A DNA stretch of 64,000 bases, from contig NC_043016.1 in assembly GCF_006345805.1 (NCBI RefSeq), positions 24,428,001-24,492,000 on the forward strand, in the 5' to 3' direction. Positions 15,150 through 28,585 of this stretch are shown one piece after another. The stretch comes from Octopus sinensis. Its lineage: Eukaryota. The notes beneath the pieces are model-generated. The model was not told the origin of the DNA and ran no database searches. It saw only the letters and a list, made by a program, of their open reading frames with translations. The translations under genes were made by a program, and so were the position numbers. The stretch's first letter is position 1. Each line of letters starts with the position of its first letter.

Positions 15150-15334
15150 CCTGGCCTACCCCACCCAAGGAATCATGCCACCAGCCTGCTCCATCCAATG
15201 AATCGTGCTCCAAGCCTGCTCTAGCTAAGAAATTGTACCCCAAACCTGCTCCATCCAAAGAATTGTACCCCAGGCCTGCTCCATCAAAAGAACCATCATC
15301 CCAGCTTAGTCCACATGAACAATTATCACCCTAG
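15150..15334 (+). repeat. 30-bp degenerate tandem repeat (PAPSKELYPK-like)
   Basis: Units such as ccagcctgctccatccaatgaatcgtgctc, caagcctgctctagctaagaaattgtaccc and caaacctgctccatccaaagaattgtaccc. Confidence 0.85.
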
Positions 15335-15906
15335 CCCAACAAATCTCTTCTTTATGTTATGTATCTTATGTAAGCTTAAAGAAAAAATATACATCATGAT
15401 ACAAAATTAATGAGAGCCACAGTAATTATATAGGTATTTTAAAATCTCTTATCTAGGTACATGGCTATGTGGTCAACAAGCTTGCTTCACACCTTCATGG
15501 CTTCAGATTAAGTTCTACTGTGTGACACCTTGGGTGTCTTCTACAATAACTCTGGAGCATCCAAAGTCTTGTGAATGGATTTCATAGATGGACACTGAAG
15601 AAGGTTGTAGTGTGTGCGTATGTATGTATATACATGTATATGTGTACATAACCAGCTTACAAACACAATCACAAACATGTATGTATGTATGTGTGTATAT
15701 ATATATATATAATATTAAATAAAAGATGGATTCGGCATTAAATCTTTATTGCGTACCACATGTTCTGACCCATCAGATAAATAGTTGAAGATAGGTCTCA
15801 CTACAGACTACAGATGACAACAGGTAGCCTATACTGTGCTGGTGCTCTACTCAACTTTTAAACACACTAATCAACTAACACTTATTTATCCAAATTATTT
15901 ATTATC

Positions 15907-15960
<54 letters not shown>

Positions 15961-17539
15961 TACATACATGTATGTGATTGTGTTTGTCAACAAAAGGTCT
16001 CTTAAATAGTGTCATTTGTTTCCAGTTTTCTAAATAAACCATGGTAGAGCAGTTTGTTCATTAGACTGAGAATTAAGCAGAGGTTAGTGACATGAAACTT
16101 ACAGAAAATCTGCTTCAATGTGCTCTCATCTGAATCATGCAAGCATGGAAAACTAAATGTAATAAAAAATACTAATGGTGTTTATGTTACAGTAGCAACA
16201 GTGCTGTTGGTTAGCTCCAGGACAGGCCTTAGTAAGCAAGCTTGAGATCAATTGTAGTATTCCAGCTATAACCAACTTTTTCTCCATACCAGCAACTACA
16301 TTCCAATATACCATGTTTATTCCAGGAGGGAGATTTGCCAGATATTTCTAGCAGTGAGCAATAATCTATAAGTCCCATTGAAAGTTAGTAGTACTAACGA
16401 CGAAGGTGACACTTGTGCTAATTTTAGAGATAATGACATGGTTGTAGTAGTGATACTGGTGGGGGTGGTGAAGTGTTTGTTCTGTCCTCGCCCTGACTAC
16501 ACCAGAAAAATAAGTTCCAGTGATGTTGCCACCTAAAGTCTGGGGCAACTATTCTTCAAGTGATTGAGAGAAAGTTTTATCTCCTTAACCCTTATCATAC
16601 CAATCCACCTGAAACCACCTTTAATTTTATGATGAAAATTGTTTTAAAGTGATGTAAATTAAAACTACCCATCCAAAATTCATGTTAATTTATGCTCCAA
16701 ATACCAGTTTAATAATGACATGGTAATTTTAATAAGTTCTTCCTTATTTCCTGAACTAATTGAAACAAAGACATAAGTATCACAACAAAAATTCAGTATC
16801 ATCTAAATTATCGAGATCCAAGAGAAAAAAGTGATCAATGTGAAGAAAAAAAACTGAAAAAGTTACAAGAACGTCCAGAAACATGTAATAAAGTACAAAA
16901 TGCAAAACACCTTTACAGTTCATGCACAATTTCAATTATACCAATTTCCTCACTCCCACATGATTTGAAGAATCCAGAATTATACAAAAGGGGAACAACA
17001 AGCTCAACTTAATACTGGTTGGGGAGGAGAGGAGGAACAAAACATTAAATTTTGCATAATTTTAAAATGAGTATCCTGGCTTTGTACAAGTATTCTAACA
17101 AATCTTGACGTTATATGTTATTGAGGATAGACATTCTAGGAAAACACACAGAGCAAAAGTCTGAAAAACTCTTCAATTTGGATGTAATTTAGAGTAAGTA
17201 ATAGTCCCAGAGTTTACACAAAAAATAGAATTTTTTAAAGCTATAAGAATATAAAAACTTTGAGAGATATCTCTTGAAGCTTCTAAATTCATGAGGTAAA
17301 CAACATACAAGTCTCATTGGTGAAAGCAAAGTTAAAATGGATGGAAAAAATTCAAAGGTTTGCTTTGGTTATAATAGCAGAATGTCATGTTTATAGATGC
17401 AGGTTCAAGTCCCACAAGCATCTTTCAACTTTTTCAATCCAAGAGACTTTTTAACCGTATATACTACATGCTATCATTTATAGCTTTATCAAATGAGTCT
17501 CACCATTAGAAAAATATTTATTATTATTATTATTATCCT

Positions 17540-18070
17540 AAAACAGTGATCCTGGTTTACACAGACTCCTTTGAACTGCTGCAAGTCAAGCAGCTGCAGG
17601 AAGAGCTTGTGCTGGGAGAGGAGTTCAGATGGCTGACATTCTGGTGGCAATTGCAGGGTCTAGACAAAATATAATTAATGATAAGAGGAGAGATGAGGTA
17701 TCAAGAGTGCTTGAGTAGAGGTGACAGGGAACCAAACATCACTGAGAGGCAGAGGTTTTTGGAGAGATAAGAAAGGCAAAGAGAAGACAACGTATCTGTG
17801 GATGAAAAAAATTCAAAAACATTGATCGGCTTCATGTCTATCAGTTGAATGACCTTTCTTTGAATATGGTCCAAAATGTTTATGTAGCAGCATCACAGTC
17901 CCAGATATGTGAATAATACTCCGCTAAGTATTTCAACTGATCTTTGAAGAGAATTAGCAACTGCTGGAAGATGGAGTACACCTTTTGACCCTGAAGCAGA
18001 AAGCCATTGTATGGAGAATACAAGATATCTGAAATGGGACTTATAACATAGCCAAAAATTATGAGGTATC
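17540..18070 (-). mobile_element. Degraded CR1/Jockey-like LINE 3' RT region
   Basis: Minus-strand pieces YYSHIWD... and ILDHIQRKVIQLID. Confidence 0.6.
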
Positions 18071-20309
18071 AAATATCATTTGCAACAGAAACAGTATGTG
18101 TGTGTGTTTAAATAGATATATAAAGATTTAATGTCTATTTTCCATGCTGGTATGGGTTGGGCATTTCACAAAATTCAATGGGCCCAAGGATGCATCAAGT
18201 TTCATCATCAGCTTTGGTATAATTTCTATGGCTGGATTCCCTTCTTAACATAAGTACTTTATTGTGTACTAGATGCTTTTTTTTTTCCCATGACAAAGGC
18301 ACTAGTAAGGTTGTCAAGTAAGTTATAGGCCAAGAAAAGAAAAAATCCCATCAGTTGAGTAGGAATGTATTTAACAGGTGGGGATGAGTTTGTGCCAGGT
18401 GTCGAGAGACTAAAGTATGATAGCAGCACAAGCACATGGTTACCCACATTACATAAGGATGGGTATGAGAAGCTAGAAACAAGAAAAAAACAGTAGTGAC
18501 ACAATAGCCAGAGCATGTATACATGTGTGTATGTGTTATATATATATAAATTTCAATAGTATCATAAATGCTAAATGGTTAATAACTTGAAATAAGTAGA
18601 CAGGATAAAATGAAGTTAAAGAAGACCAGTAATGAAGTAGGTACTTACTTACCTAAGTAGAGTTTTAATATAACAAGTTTCAAAAATAAATAAACATAAG
18701 TCTTTACAGTGCAACTGTGTTTTTACCTAGTAACACACTGAATATATTTCTTGGTTAAAACTCATTCCAAATATCAAAACAGGGGGATAAAGTTTCAGCC
18801 CATGTTTAGAGGGGTTTACACAACTTCACCTGAGCATCCTTTTCCTACAAGACTTAGCCTTCTGAGATTTAAATCTTACAAACTCACTCTAATTTTTGTA
18901 TTCATCATTTAACTTGAAATTGTTAATGATTAAGTTTACTTATAAGAGCACATGTAATAGTTTCTCATCAAATTCACATTAAAATCTCATCTAAAAATCA
19001 TACAAGTTTCTTTAATCTGTTTATCTGAACTTTAAATGAAATAATCCTTTCAATGCAGCTTTAACAAATTTTTCAGTCAACCAAACTCAAATGTTAGTAT
19101 ATTTTTACTCCATATGGTAAAATTATCAGCACCATAACTAAAACAAATCCTTGTCAAACAAGGCTTCCAACCAGCACCAAATAGCACTACTTTAAAATTT
19201 CTCATTAGACTTATCCCAGAAATACACCAACATTTTCAGAAGGTACAAGACAACAAGCAGAAAGGAGACTTATAACAAATATTCAACCAGATACTATATT
19301 TTTTAACTATCTGTATGACTACTACTACTGCTGATACAGGAGCTTTCTGTTTGCAAGACATTAACTAAACAGACATAAATAGTCTTAAAAGACCAATATA
19401 TCTCTTAAATTACTTTAGATAGTGAAAGCAAATGACCAAAATTGCTAGAGCCTAACCCACAGAATTAATCATCCATCAAAATAGAACATCATTGATTTAT
19501 AATATATATTTAAGACAGGCAACCTGTCCAACTGTAAGTGCAGCCATTTGTTTTATGGCAACATCTAAGATATAATCTTACTCTGACTTGTTTACTATGG
19601 CCTTAGCAACAACCTGTAATGCTTTTAGCAACGACCTGTAATCCATAGGCTCAGGAATGGCTGTGTGATTAAGTTTGCTTTGTAAACATGTGGCTCTAGG
19701 TTCAATTCTACACTATGGCACCTAGGAAAATGTCTACTAAACCATTTAGATGACCATACCTCATGAATAAAAAATAAACAGAAGCCAACATACACACACA
19801 CACACACACACATGTTCAAGCCTTAAGTTTTATGCTGTGTTCTTCTACATCTCATAACTTAGCAGTCAGACAAAGACCAATAAAATAGACTGGAATAAGT
19901 AACTGGGATCAATTTGATCAACTAAAATCCTTGAAGTATGTAAACTAAATCCAATTACTGGTATTTCATTATTTAGTCTAAGAAAGGACGGAACCTAATT
20001 GACAAACAAAGCTCCTACAATTAAGTGGTAATGAATTTAATAATGCTACATGTGTTGACTGAGTGACAGAGTTTATAAAAGTAAAGAGGGATAGATAAGT
20101 AAATAGGAAGTTCAGTGGGTTGCAAATTGGGAGGGCAGGATATTATGCAAAAGACCTTAGTGGAAAAGTACAGAAGTAATGACAAGACAAAAACTGAGTC
20201 CAGCAAATAAATCAAAAACATCAAAGAAAAGTAGAAAATGTAACAGCTATGGAGTAGACTAAGGATCACAGTTCAATGGTGCACCAATGATTAGTAGAGG
20301 GTATATTTT

Positions 20310-20537
20310 TTAACTCATTTTAAGCATTTAATCTGGCTGTTTCCAGCCTGAATATTCTGTTTTATGTTGAAACTGGCCAGATATGGCCTCTTACACCGAC
20401 CCTACAATGTCATTCTAAAAATATACAAACACACCATTGAGATTTCAAAGCTATGAGATAATGTGTGATTAAACCAAGACAATGTGAATAAATAAGCAAT
20501 AGATTTGACCAAAGAAATCTGAATGCTAAAGGATTAA
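20310..20537. mobile_element. Second TTAA-flanked MITE-like element
   Basis: ttaactc...agcatt at the left and aatgctaaaggattaa at the right form a degenerate TIR pair. Confidence 0.45.
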
Positions 20538-21707
20538 AAGTCTTGTACACAGCCAAATTAAAATTATTAATTTTCTTTGCCTTAACATAGATCTAATAAG
20601 TTGGTTAGAAGCTCAATCTTAATACAATGGAAATAATTACATCTCTTCCACCACTACACTGCTTGTATGACAAAAACAAAAAAAATGCTTGTCTTCCCAT
20701 GGCCCAAGCTATAAGCAAATACCATGGACAGTTTACTGCTATGATAAGTCAATGATTTAAGAGATTTTTGTAGCTCGTCACGTTGGACCAAAATCCTCTT
20801 CCAAAGTAAAATCTGAGGTAAGTTGGCAACACTACACCAAATTCTCTTAACCATTGAATGCATGGAAACTGAAAAACATTCACTCTTCGGTGATGATCAT
20901 GGAAACAGGGAAAGTCTTTAAAGAAAATTCTTAAACTATAATAAATAAAGCAATACAATTAGGGATGTTGTTTTATATTTATATTTAATGCAATGAGTTT
21001 CAAAACAAAAATACAATATTAAATAGATTCCAGATGATAAATTCACTAAAGAAATCTCAAATAATTTCATTTCTGAACATCAATTCAGGTGTGGACATGG
21101 TTGAGATGTAGGTTTCATAACCACATGGTCTTCAGTCCAACTGTATTGTACCTTGGGCAAGTGTCTTCTACCATAACCCAGGGCCAATCAGGGCCTTGTG
21201 AGTAGATATCATAAATGGAAACTGAAAGAAGCCTGTCATATAGAGGGGGGTGCATGCACTTGTGCTCCTGAGTGAGTGTTTCTTTGTTTTGACATCATGT
21301 GATAATTGTAAATGAATGTCACTATCATACAAGCAGCATCATTCATTTCTAATATCCAGCAAAAAAACATGTCCAACTACAAGGAAATATTACCTTGTGT
21401 AAAAATTGGTGAAGGTTAGTAACAGGAAGAGCATCCATTTGTAGAAAAACTGCCTTCATAATCTCCACTAGACCCATACAAGCATAGAAAAGATGATGGT
21501 GAATTTACTAATTCTTTTAAATCAGCAAGATTAACTGTTCCTCATTGTGTTTCTCTTCAACACTGTCTCATAAGGTATTTCCCATTATCAATCACCTTCC
21601 CTATTAATTCTATCTTTCAAGTTAGATGTCAATATTACAAACCAACAATTCATTTTATATTTTTTCATAATACTCGTTCACTTGCCCAACAACCTCAGCT
21701 TGTTTAA

Positions 21708-21924
21708 CCCTTTTGATACCAACCCACCTAAGACTGCCCCTCATTCTATGATACAAACTTCTTGTTTTTAAGTGATCTAAGCAAAAATCTTCCAAAATTT
21801 CTCAATTATTTGTGTCCCATACACCAACTTAACAATGACAGTTATTTCACTAAATTCTCCATCATTTTCAAAATTAATTGAAACAAAGGCAGTACAGTTT
21901 AACAGAGATATGGTAACAAAAGGG
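21708..21924. mobile_element. piggyBac-type MITE with TTAA TSD
   Basis: ttaa|cccttttgatacca ... tggtaacaaaaggg|ttaa. Related copies at about 16590-16790, 23925-24165, 41180-41390, 41620-41990 and 58060-58250. Confidence 0.8.
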
Positions 21925-24900
21925 TTAATCTATTCTAGTCCTCATATCTATCATCTTATGTCACAACTTCTGCTTCTAAATCTTTGTTTTACAGTAATTA
22001 TATACAATACATACATATGGCAAAATAAAAATCAAAAGTCATTAAATTCAGTTAATGAAAATTTCCCCCAACTGATACAAAAGGTCACAAACAAACTAAC
22101 AAAGTTATAGAGAAAAAAAGAAAAAGAAAGAAGTATAGGGAATAATGTAGTCATGTACATTAGCAGTATCCATTAATTAACATAATAATGATACATAAGA
22201 CTTTTTCCTTTCTTAGAGTTTGTGCTTATTCTAAGACAGTTTTAGTGTTTAAAATGAACTTAAGGGAAGAAATGATAATGTCAGATCTCAGAACACTGGG
22301 TTTCACAGACAAGAATATGAAAGAACAAGCTAAATGCTGCCAATATGTTGTGTTGCAGGTCATTGTAACACATGTGAGATAATTAAAACAATGATGCTAA
22401 TGAACAAACATATTTCTCAAATACCCCACTTAGTCCATGTTTGAAATGACAAACTGCCTCCTCTTAAACTACTTTCTAACATGTTTCAAACATCTGTCCA
22501 TTATATAATTTTGGAGGCCAAAACAAAATTTTATAAAAATTATCCATTGCTTTTATATTTTACTTGTATACCAGAGGAAATGGTTTAAGATGGCTGGATT
22601 TAATGCAGTTCTAGAAAAGAATGATTGAAGTGAGTGTAAGATACAGGCTTAGCTGTGCAGTTAAGGAGTTCCCTTCACAACCATGAGCTTCCAGGTTTGA
22701 TCCTTGGGCAAATGACCTCTGCCATAGCCTTGACAGATGCATGGAAACTGTGCAGTCTTACAAGCACACATATTCTAGCTAATATCTGTTACTAATGTAT
22801 ACTAGTGGAAGATGTGTGGTATTATATATAATGTATGTATGAATGAAAGAATGGTAGGGGGGGGCTTGCCTTGACACCATGTGATAATTGTAAAGATGCT
22901 CCATTAATTTACAATCTACTGTTGTCCAGACATGAGAAAATATTACTTAGTAACAGGTGAGAGTTGGCAACAGCAAGGGCATCTGGTCATAGAAAATCTG
23001 CCTCAACAAATTCTGTCTGATCCATGCAAGCATGGAAAAGTGGACATTAAAACAAGAATAAATGCATAAACTGAAAAACTGCTGCTTTACAATCAAATTC
23101 CCTTGAGAAATATCCCCAGGTTACACCATCCCTCTCATTGTCAGAAATGCAGTGAATCCATAGCTAACAGCACAACTATTTACAGATGGTGAATTAAAAA
23201 GAAAAAAAAAGACAAAAACAAATAAGAGAGGAGCATAGAATTCACAAGTTCAAACTACTGACACCCAATCTAACAGATTCATTTTGGCCTTTGGGTACCT
23301 GTAGTAAAGTCTATTCTATTGTAAACATCCAGGCCACATTTTCTGTCTAAGGCCAACTTCCTCAATTCCTCCCACCAGATTCAGAAGCTTTGAAAGTGAT
23401 CATGGGTGTTGTCCTCTGAGTAAACCATTAAATTAAAAAAAAAAGAATTCAGTAGTAAAATAATTAAAGAATTATTGGGTTGAGGATTCATTTTCCAAAG
23501 GTGAAGTTGTTTTATTCTTTGAGGTAGTATAGAAGCTATCTTTATCTGGTGGATAGATCATCTCAAATAAGCAAAGCAATAACAAAAACAACAAACAATT
23601 AAGGAAAAAAAGGTTATGTAATAGCATATTATCTGAGTTGATAGCAGCAAGAAATTAGATGTTGCCAAAGCTTGAAATAAAGTAATTGGATCTCAAAAAA
23701 AAAAAAGTTAGATGCCATTTTGATATACTGAAACAGCTTAGCAAATTCATCAAATGGATGCAAAAAAAAAAAAACAACAATAGATGATGGAAATTAAAAA
23801 CTAAAGTTTAATTATACTGTACAACAACAGTACTAGCAGAGGAAACATGAATGTCAAACTTATTACATTAAAAGCTTTAATTTGCCAGTTTTAAAAAATT
23901 CACTCAGCATAAATTTGTGGCCTCTTAAACTCCTTTGATACAAATCTGCCTCAAACTTCCCCTGGTTCTGTCATACAGACTTCCTGTTTTAAAGTGATCT
24001 AAATTAAAACCTTCCATCAAAATTTCATGTTAATTCATATTCCAAACAACTAAGTTGTTTTACTAAATTCTTCATTATGCTAATAATGAATTAACTGAAA
24101 CAAAGGTTGAGTATTTCAACAGAAATGTAGTAATGTGATGTGATAATGGTAACAAAAAGGGCTGAGTTAAGAAGTGAAGTTTATAACAAAAACTACAATA
24201 TTAAAAAAAAAAATTTTTTTAATTATGTTAGTCTGCAAGTCAATGTAAGTTCAGTTCCAGCCCTAGGAGGCATTCTTCCCTACATCTGTATCATGTGAAA
24301 AGTATAAGCACTCAGAAATTAGAACTAAGCTCAACTAGACCCTATTTTAGCCAGGTTTCAGTTGGAGTTAAACAGCATTGCAACTAATAACATTTCCAGG
24401 TATTACATACAATCTCACTGTATTACTTCATACTACGTGATTTCCAGACTATTAAAATGTTTGGTGACAGTTTAATAAATCACATTCAATATCAGACCTT
24501 CAAAAGTTGTAGCTACAATTTTTAAAACATCATTATTATTATAGTGGAATGAATAACTTACTAACTGAAACTTTTATTTTAAAATAGGTATACAAGAGAG
24601 AAAGATCATATAGAATTTACAATGGCTTTAAATTGTCTGGTGAGGTAAATCATAGTCTTGCACAAGATTCCTCTATATTTCACAGTAATCATGTTTGCCA
24701 TTGAAAGAATGGCATAAAAATAACTGAATCAACATTATTCCAAAAGTTAATCCAAGAACAATAGAATCTAGAAAACTGATTTACTATAAATTAAAAAATC
24801 TCTAGCAGAAATTCAAGTGTTTCACGTTTACCGAATAATGGAGTATTCCAAACTAACGTACAATATGACATGGTAGAGATGAACAGAAATAGAGGATAAA

Positions 24901-25495
24901 GATGAAATTGGATCATAGAAACCATAGAAGAACCACCTTTTCTATCAGAAGACAGACTAATACATATAAACACACATCAAATATATCAGTTACACTTTAA
25001 ATCTCTTGATAACGTACAAAATTTGAGAGCAGACAGTAACATAAAAATACACACAGATAACAATTAAATTAATAAATATCTTCAGGATAAGCCATATCGA
25101 TTAAACCCTTTGCTAAAAATACAAAAGTATTTCTATACAAAAATTAACTAGACATAGAATTTTAAAATTATTCATCTGCAACTGTTGCCTGACGCTATCT
25201 TGGACATTTCCCAGTTTTCTTTTCTTACAAACATTGAAAATATGCAACTGAATAAAAAAAATTCCGAGAATATTCAAGAAGAAGCTTTAACCTAAAAGAG
25301 AATTAGAATTTATAAATACTCGAAGATTCCTAGAGCGGCCAATTAAAAACTAGTGTCAGAGGACAAAGATTGCATTTTGAAACAGTTCAAAAGACTGACA
25401 GAGTTCGATCTTGAATCAACATCAGGTGTGCGCGTGTGTGACAGCGGTTCCTTCAAAATATAATTACAAAAAAAAAAAAAACTGATGACAATTAC

Positions 25496-25567
25496 CATAT
25501 ATATTAATTCACTACAAATTATAATGGCTGGCGGCCAGTAATCACTAATATATGACCGACTGGCTGA
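25496..25567 (-). other. Candidate 72-nt in-frame cassette or alternative exon in B56 intron 2
   Basis: Acceptor cttttaatctcgtcgttacag, donor ATG|gtaatt; 24 open codons (SASRSYISDYWPPAIIICSELIYM), phase 0/0. Confidence 0.3.
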
Positions 25568-26165
25568 CTGTAACGACGAGATTAAAAGTACAGTGTTCTT
25601 CATATGCACAATTTTATTTACTATTGCAGTAAAATGAAATATAAAGTAACCTATTGAGATTGTAAATCGTATAATATCAATGCAGTGCAGTCATTTGTTC
25701 TCACAAGTGATTCTAAGAATGTAGTGAAGCACCCAGAAACTAGCAGTTCTCACAGCAATTTCTTCAATGGTTTTTATTATGAATTGATAGATTCGTTCCT
25801 ACCCATGAAGACAGGAGCCAAGTTATTAGAAAGTGAAAGTGACAGGTGTTTTCATTCATGATAATCACATCTGCAACAAAGGCATGTGTTGTGTTTGGAA
25901 CAGTTTTAAACACTGACAACACTAACATCACTTTCAATAAACCGTCTACGACACGAATTAGGTGAAATGGGAACCAGGATATCGAATAGGATTCCTCCTT
26001 ATCAAACAAGCTATCAACTTTCAGAACGAAAAGCAATACTTCAAAACAAAAAAAAAATTTAAATAATAAAACATTTTAACGTCCCGCTACATACATACAT
26101 ATTTCACTACCATAAAACAAAAATACAACCCTAATACTTTACAAAATTCATCAAACCTTATATAC

Positions 26166-26221
<56 letters not shown>

Positions 26222-26567
26222 CACCAGGAATTTAGAAGTGAAATGTTTCCAATGATGATATGATGGGGGGGGGCGTTAACAAAAATGTGAGCCTGGATAA
26301 TAAATAATAAGCAAGGTAGATTGTGATTGATATAAAGAGGAAATGAACTCGTGAAAATGTAAAACAAAATGGACAGAGCGTGTGTAAGTAAAAGCAATAA
26401 TAAGCTATCCGCCCTGCCTCTTCCTTTTCCGAAGAGGCGCTTTGTTAGGAAAAAATGTCCAATGTTATCCTCTATAGTCGACCACTAAATCTCAGTTTTA
26501 ATTCCAACGGCGTTTTCCTCACCGCACCTTTTGCAACACTTGCTCTATCTATGGCTTTTTGTGCATA

Positions 26568-26619
<52 letters not shown>

Positions 26620-27837
26620 ATATACACACACATACATACAAATATGCCAAAAGGACATTAGTCATTATCATCAATACTATTTATGTTGCTACGAACTGGA
26701 CAGAATGGGGAGAATGAATTCCTCAAATTATAACCAAGATAAACAATTGGTAGATAAGAGCAAAAACTGTGAAGAAAATGAAAATTTGGAAAAAAAAAAA
26801 AAAAGATCTCTAGAATTGAGTCGTATGCGTATGTGTATAAAATTTACATAAATGTATGTCTGTATGTAATATATACATATACACTCACAGATGTACGGAA
26901 TAAACTGTGTGTGTGTATGTATGTATGTATATGTATGTATATATATCCCATCATGTCATATATTGAGAGAAAGTGACATATAACATTACACACCTATCTA
27001 TACATCTTTTACACTCATTACTTGTTTATTCTATAAGGATTCTTTCCGAAACAAGCCAGAAACTGACATGATGATAGAGAGAGGAGAAGAAAAAAGGAAA
27101 TGGACAGTGAAGAAAGGATTAAAAAAAAAAAATTAAACATATTTTAATAACTACTTTTTTTTGAGTAATGCTTTTTTTTTGTCAGTGCTTTAATAGTTAA
27201 AAATAACCGGGGTGTTCTGTTTCTTGTATATATGTAGGTAGGATGTTTTTTTTTTTTAAATATTATGAAAATGAAGTATATAGGAGAAAGAAATGGTTTG
27301 TTGTTCTTTTCAGTGGTAGAAAGCGTTTACCGCCATGATAATCTATGGTAAGATGGCGGCGACTGACATCAGTTTCACACACACAAACACATATATATAT
27401 GCATATACATACACACATACATAGATCGTTGTACAAATGTATACATAATATATACATATATACATACATTACATACAGGCCATCACTATACACAACAATC
27501 ATGAGACGGTGACAAGTTGCTAAGAGGCAGCATTTGAAAATACCCATCAAAATTAAGTACATGATACATAAATACACACGCATATTTATATATATGTACG
27601 CGTACACACAGATTTTCAAGACAAAGTTAAGAAAGGGGACTGATACTCAGTCACTATGAAATATGTGTATATAAAATGAATGTATATGCATGTATGTGTA
27701 AATGTATGGTTACGTTTGTGAATATATGTATGATTATATATGTGCATTGTTGTACATATATGTATGGTTTCATACACACATTTTGTACAGATCAGTCAAA
27801 CAATAGTACAAAACAACTGACCAAAGCTTCATCTTAC

Positions 27838-27906
27838 CTCACTCTCTGTATTTTCAGTACTTTCCTTCGCACTACCTTTCGCATTAGTCGTTTTTGCTGG
27901 TGTTTG
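27838..27906 (-). CDS. PPP2R5C/PPP2R5D: PP2A B56 coding exon 2 (QTPAKTTNAKGSAKESTENTESE)
   Basis: Acceptor ccccccacttttttcctcttcag, 69-nt open exon, donor GAG|gtaaga; phase 0/0, in frame with exon 1. Size and composition resemble B56 gamma/delta exon 2 (ends DTVESE / ENTEE in human, from memory). Confidence 0.8.
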
Positions 27907-28139
27907 CTGAAGAGGAAAAAAGTGGGGGGAAAAATGTCCGAATTAACATAAACGACATATTATAATTGTCAGTACAGGGATGAGATCCATGTAAGCATGC
28001 TTTCGTTAACAAGATTTCACTAGAGGCAGACAGAAAATTATTTGCGAGCACATTGATTAAAACAGAAATCAATGACTTAATACATTTAATACATGAATAT
28101 GTTTATGTGTATCTGAGTATTATAATTATATTTGCCTTC

Positions 28140-28140
<1 letters not shown>

Positions 28141-28210
<70 letters not shown>
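28141..28210. repeat. (AT)n microsatellite in B56 intron 1
   Basis: Direct inspection; other (AT)n tracts at 15909, 26158, 26575, 34768, 35815, 61410 and 61950. Confidence 0.95.
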
Positions 28211-28217
<7 letters not shown>

Positions 28218-28585
28218 ATGTGAAACGTATGTAAATGAAAAGTGAGCTATTTCCGCATCACTTCGTGCTTAATGTCATATTTCAAATTTAATGAAATGCA
28301 TGACAACACAGTTATTCACTCCCTAATTCTTCCATGATTTCATTGCCAATTTCTCAATATTACAATGGAAAAAAGAAACGGAGACATGACATACAAGAAT
28401 GCAGATATTATTATACATACAAATACATACACACCGTGCATATTACTTATTAACAGAAATGGCTAGACTGGTTTTCTCAACTAGGAAATTGTCTTCAATT
28501 ATATAACAAACTCCCCAGAAATTAAAAGAACTTTTGATTAATAAATACAAATGGCCAAGTGAAATAGAAAGTAGGTAAGATTTAC

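Noticed and set aside
16770-17012. About 80-codon ATG-less plus-strand open frame containing DPRE
   Set aside because: Begins inside a MITE, no splice support, antisense to the host gene.
20654-20958. Two overlapping minus-strand ORFs in unique sequence
   Set aside because: No recognisable family and no convincing donor in frame.
23290-23410. Exon-like stretches with a single in-frame TGA (also about 2500-2610 and 45890-46143), suggesting selenocysteine or editing read-through
   Set aside because: No Cys/Sec redox context, no SECIS seen, no known family; expected by chance in AT-rich DNA.
1-27837. B56 exon 3 and later exons (KKDKRQSSSRF, RELQKLP, QCCVLFDF)
   Set aside because: Searched by eye on the minus strand and not found. 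The partial RDELQK at 20770 lacks the flanking motifs.
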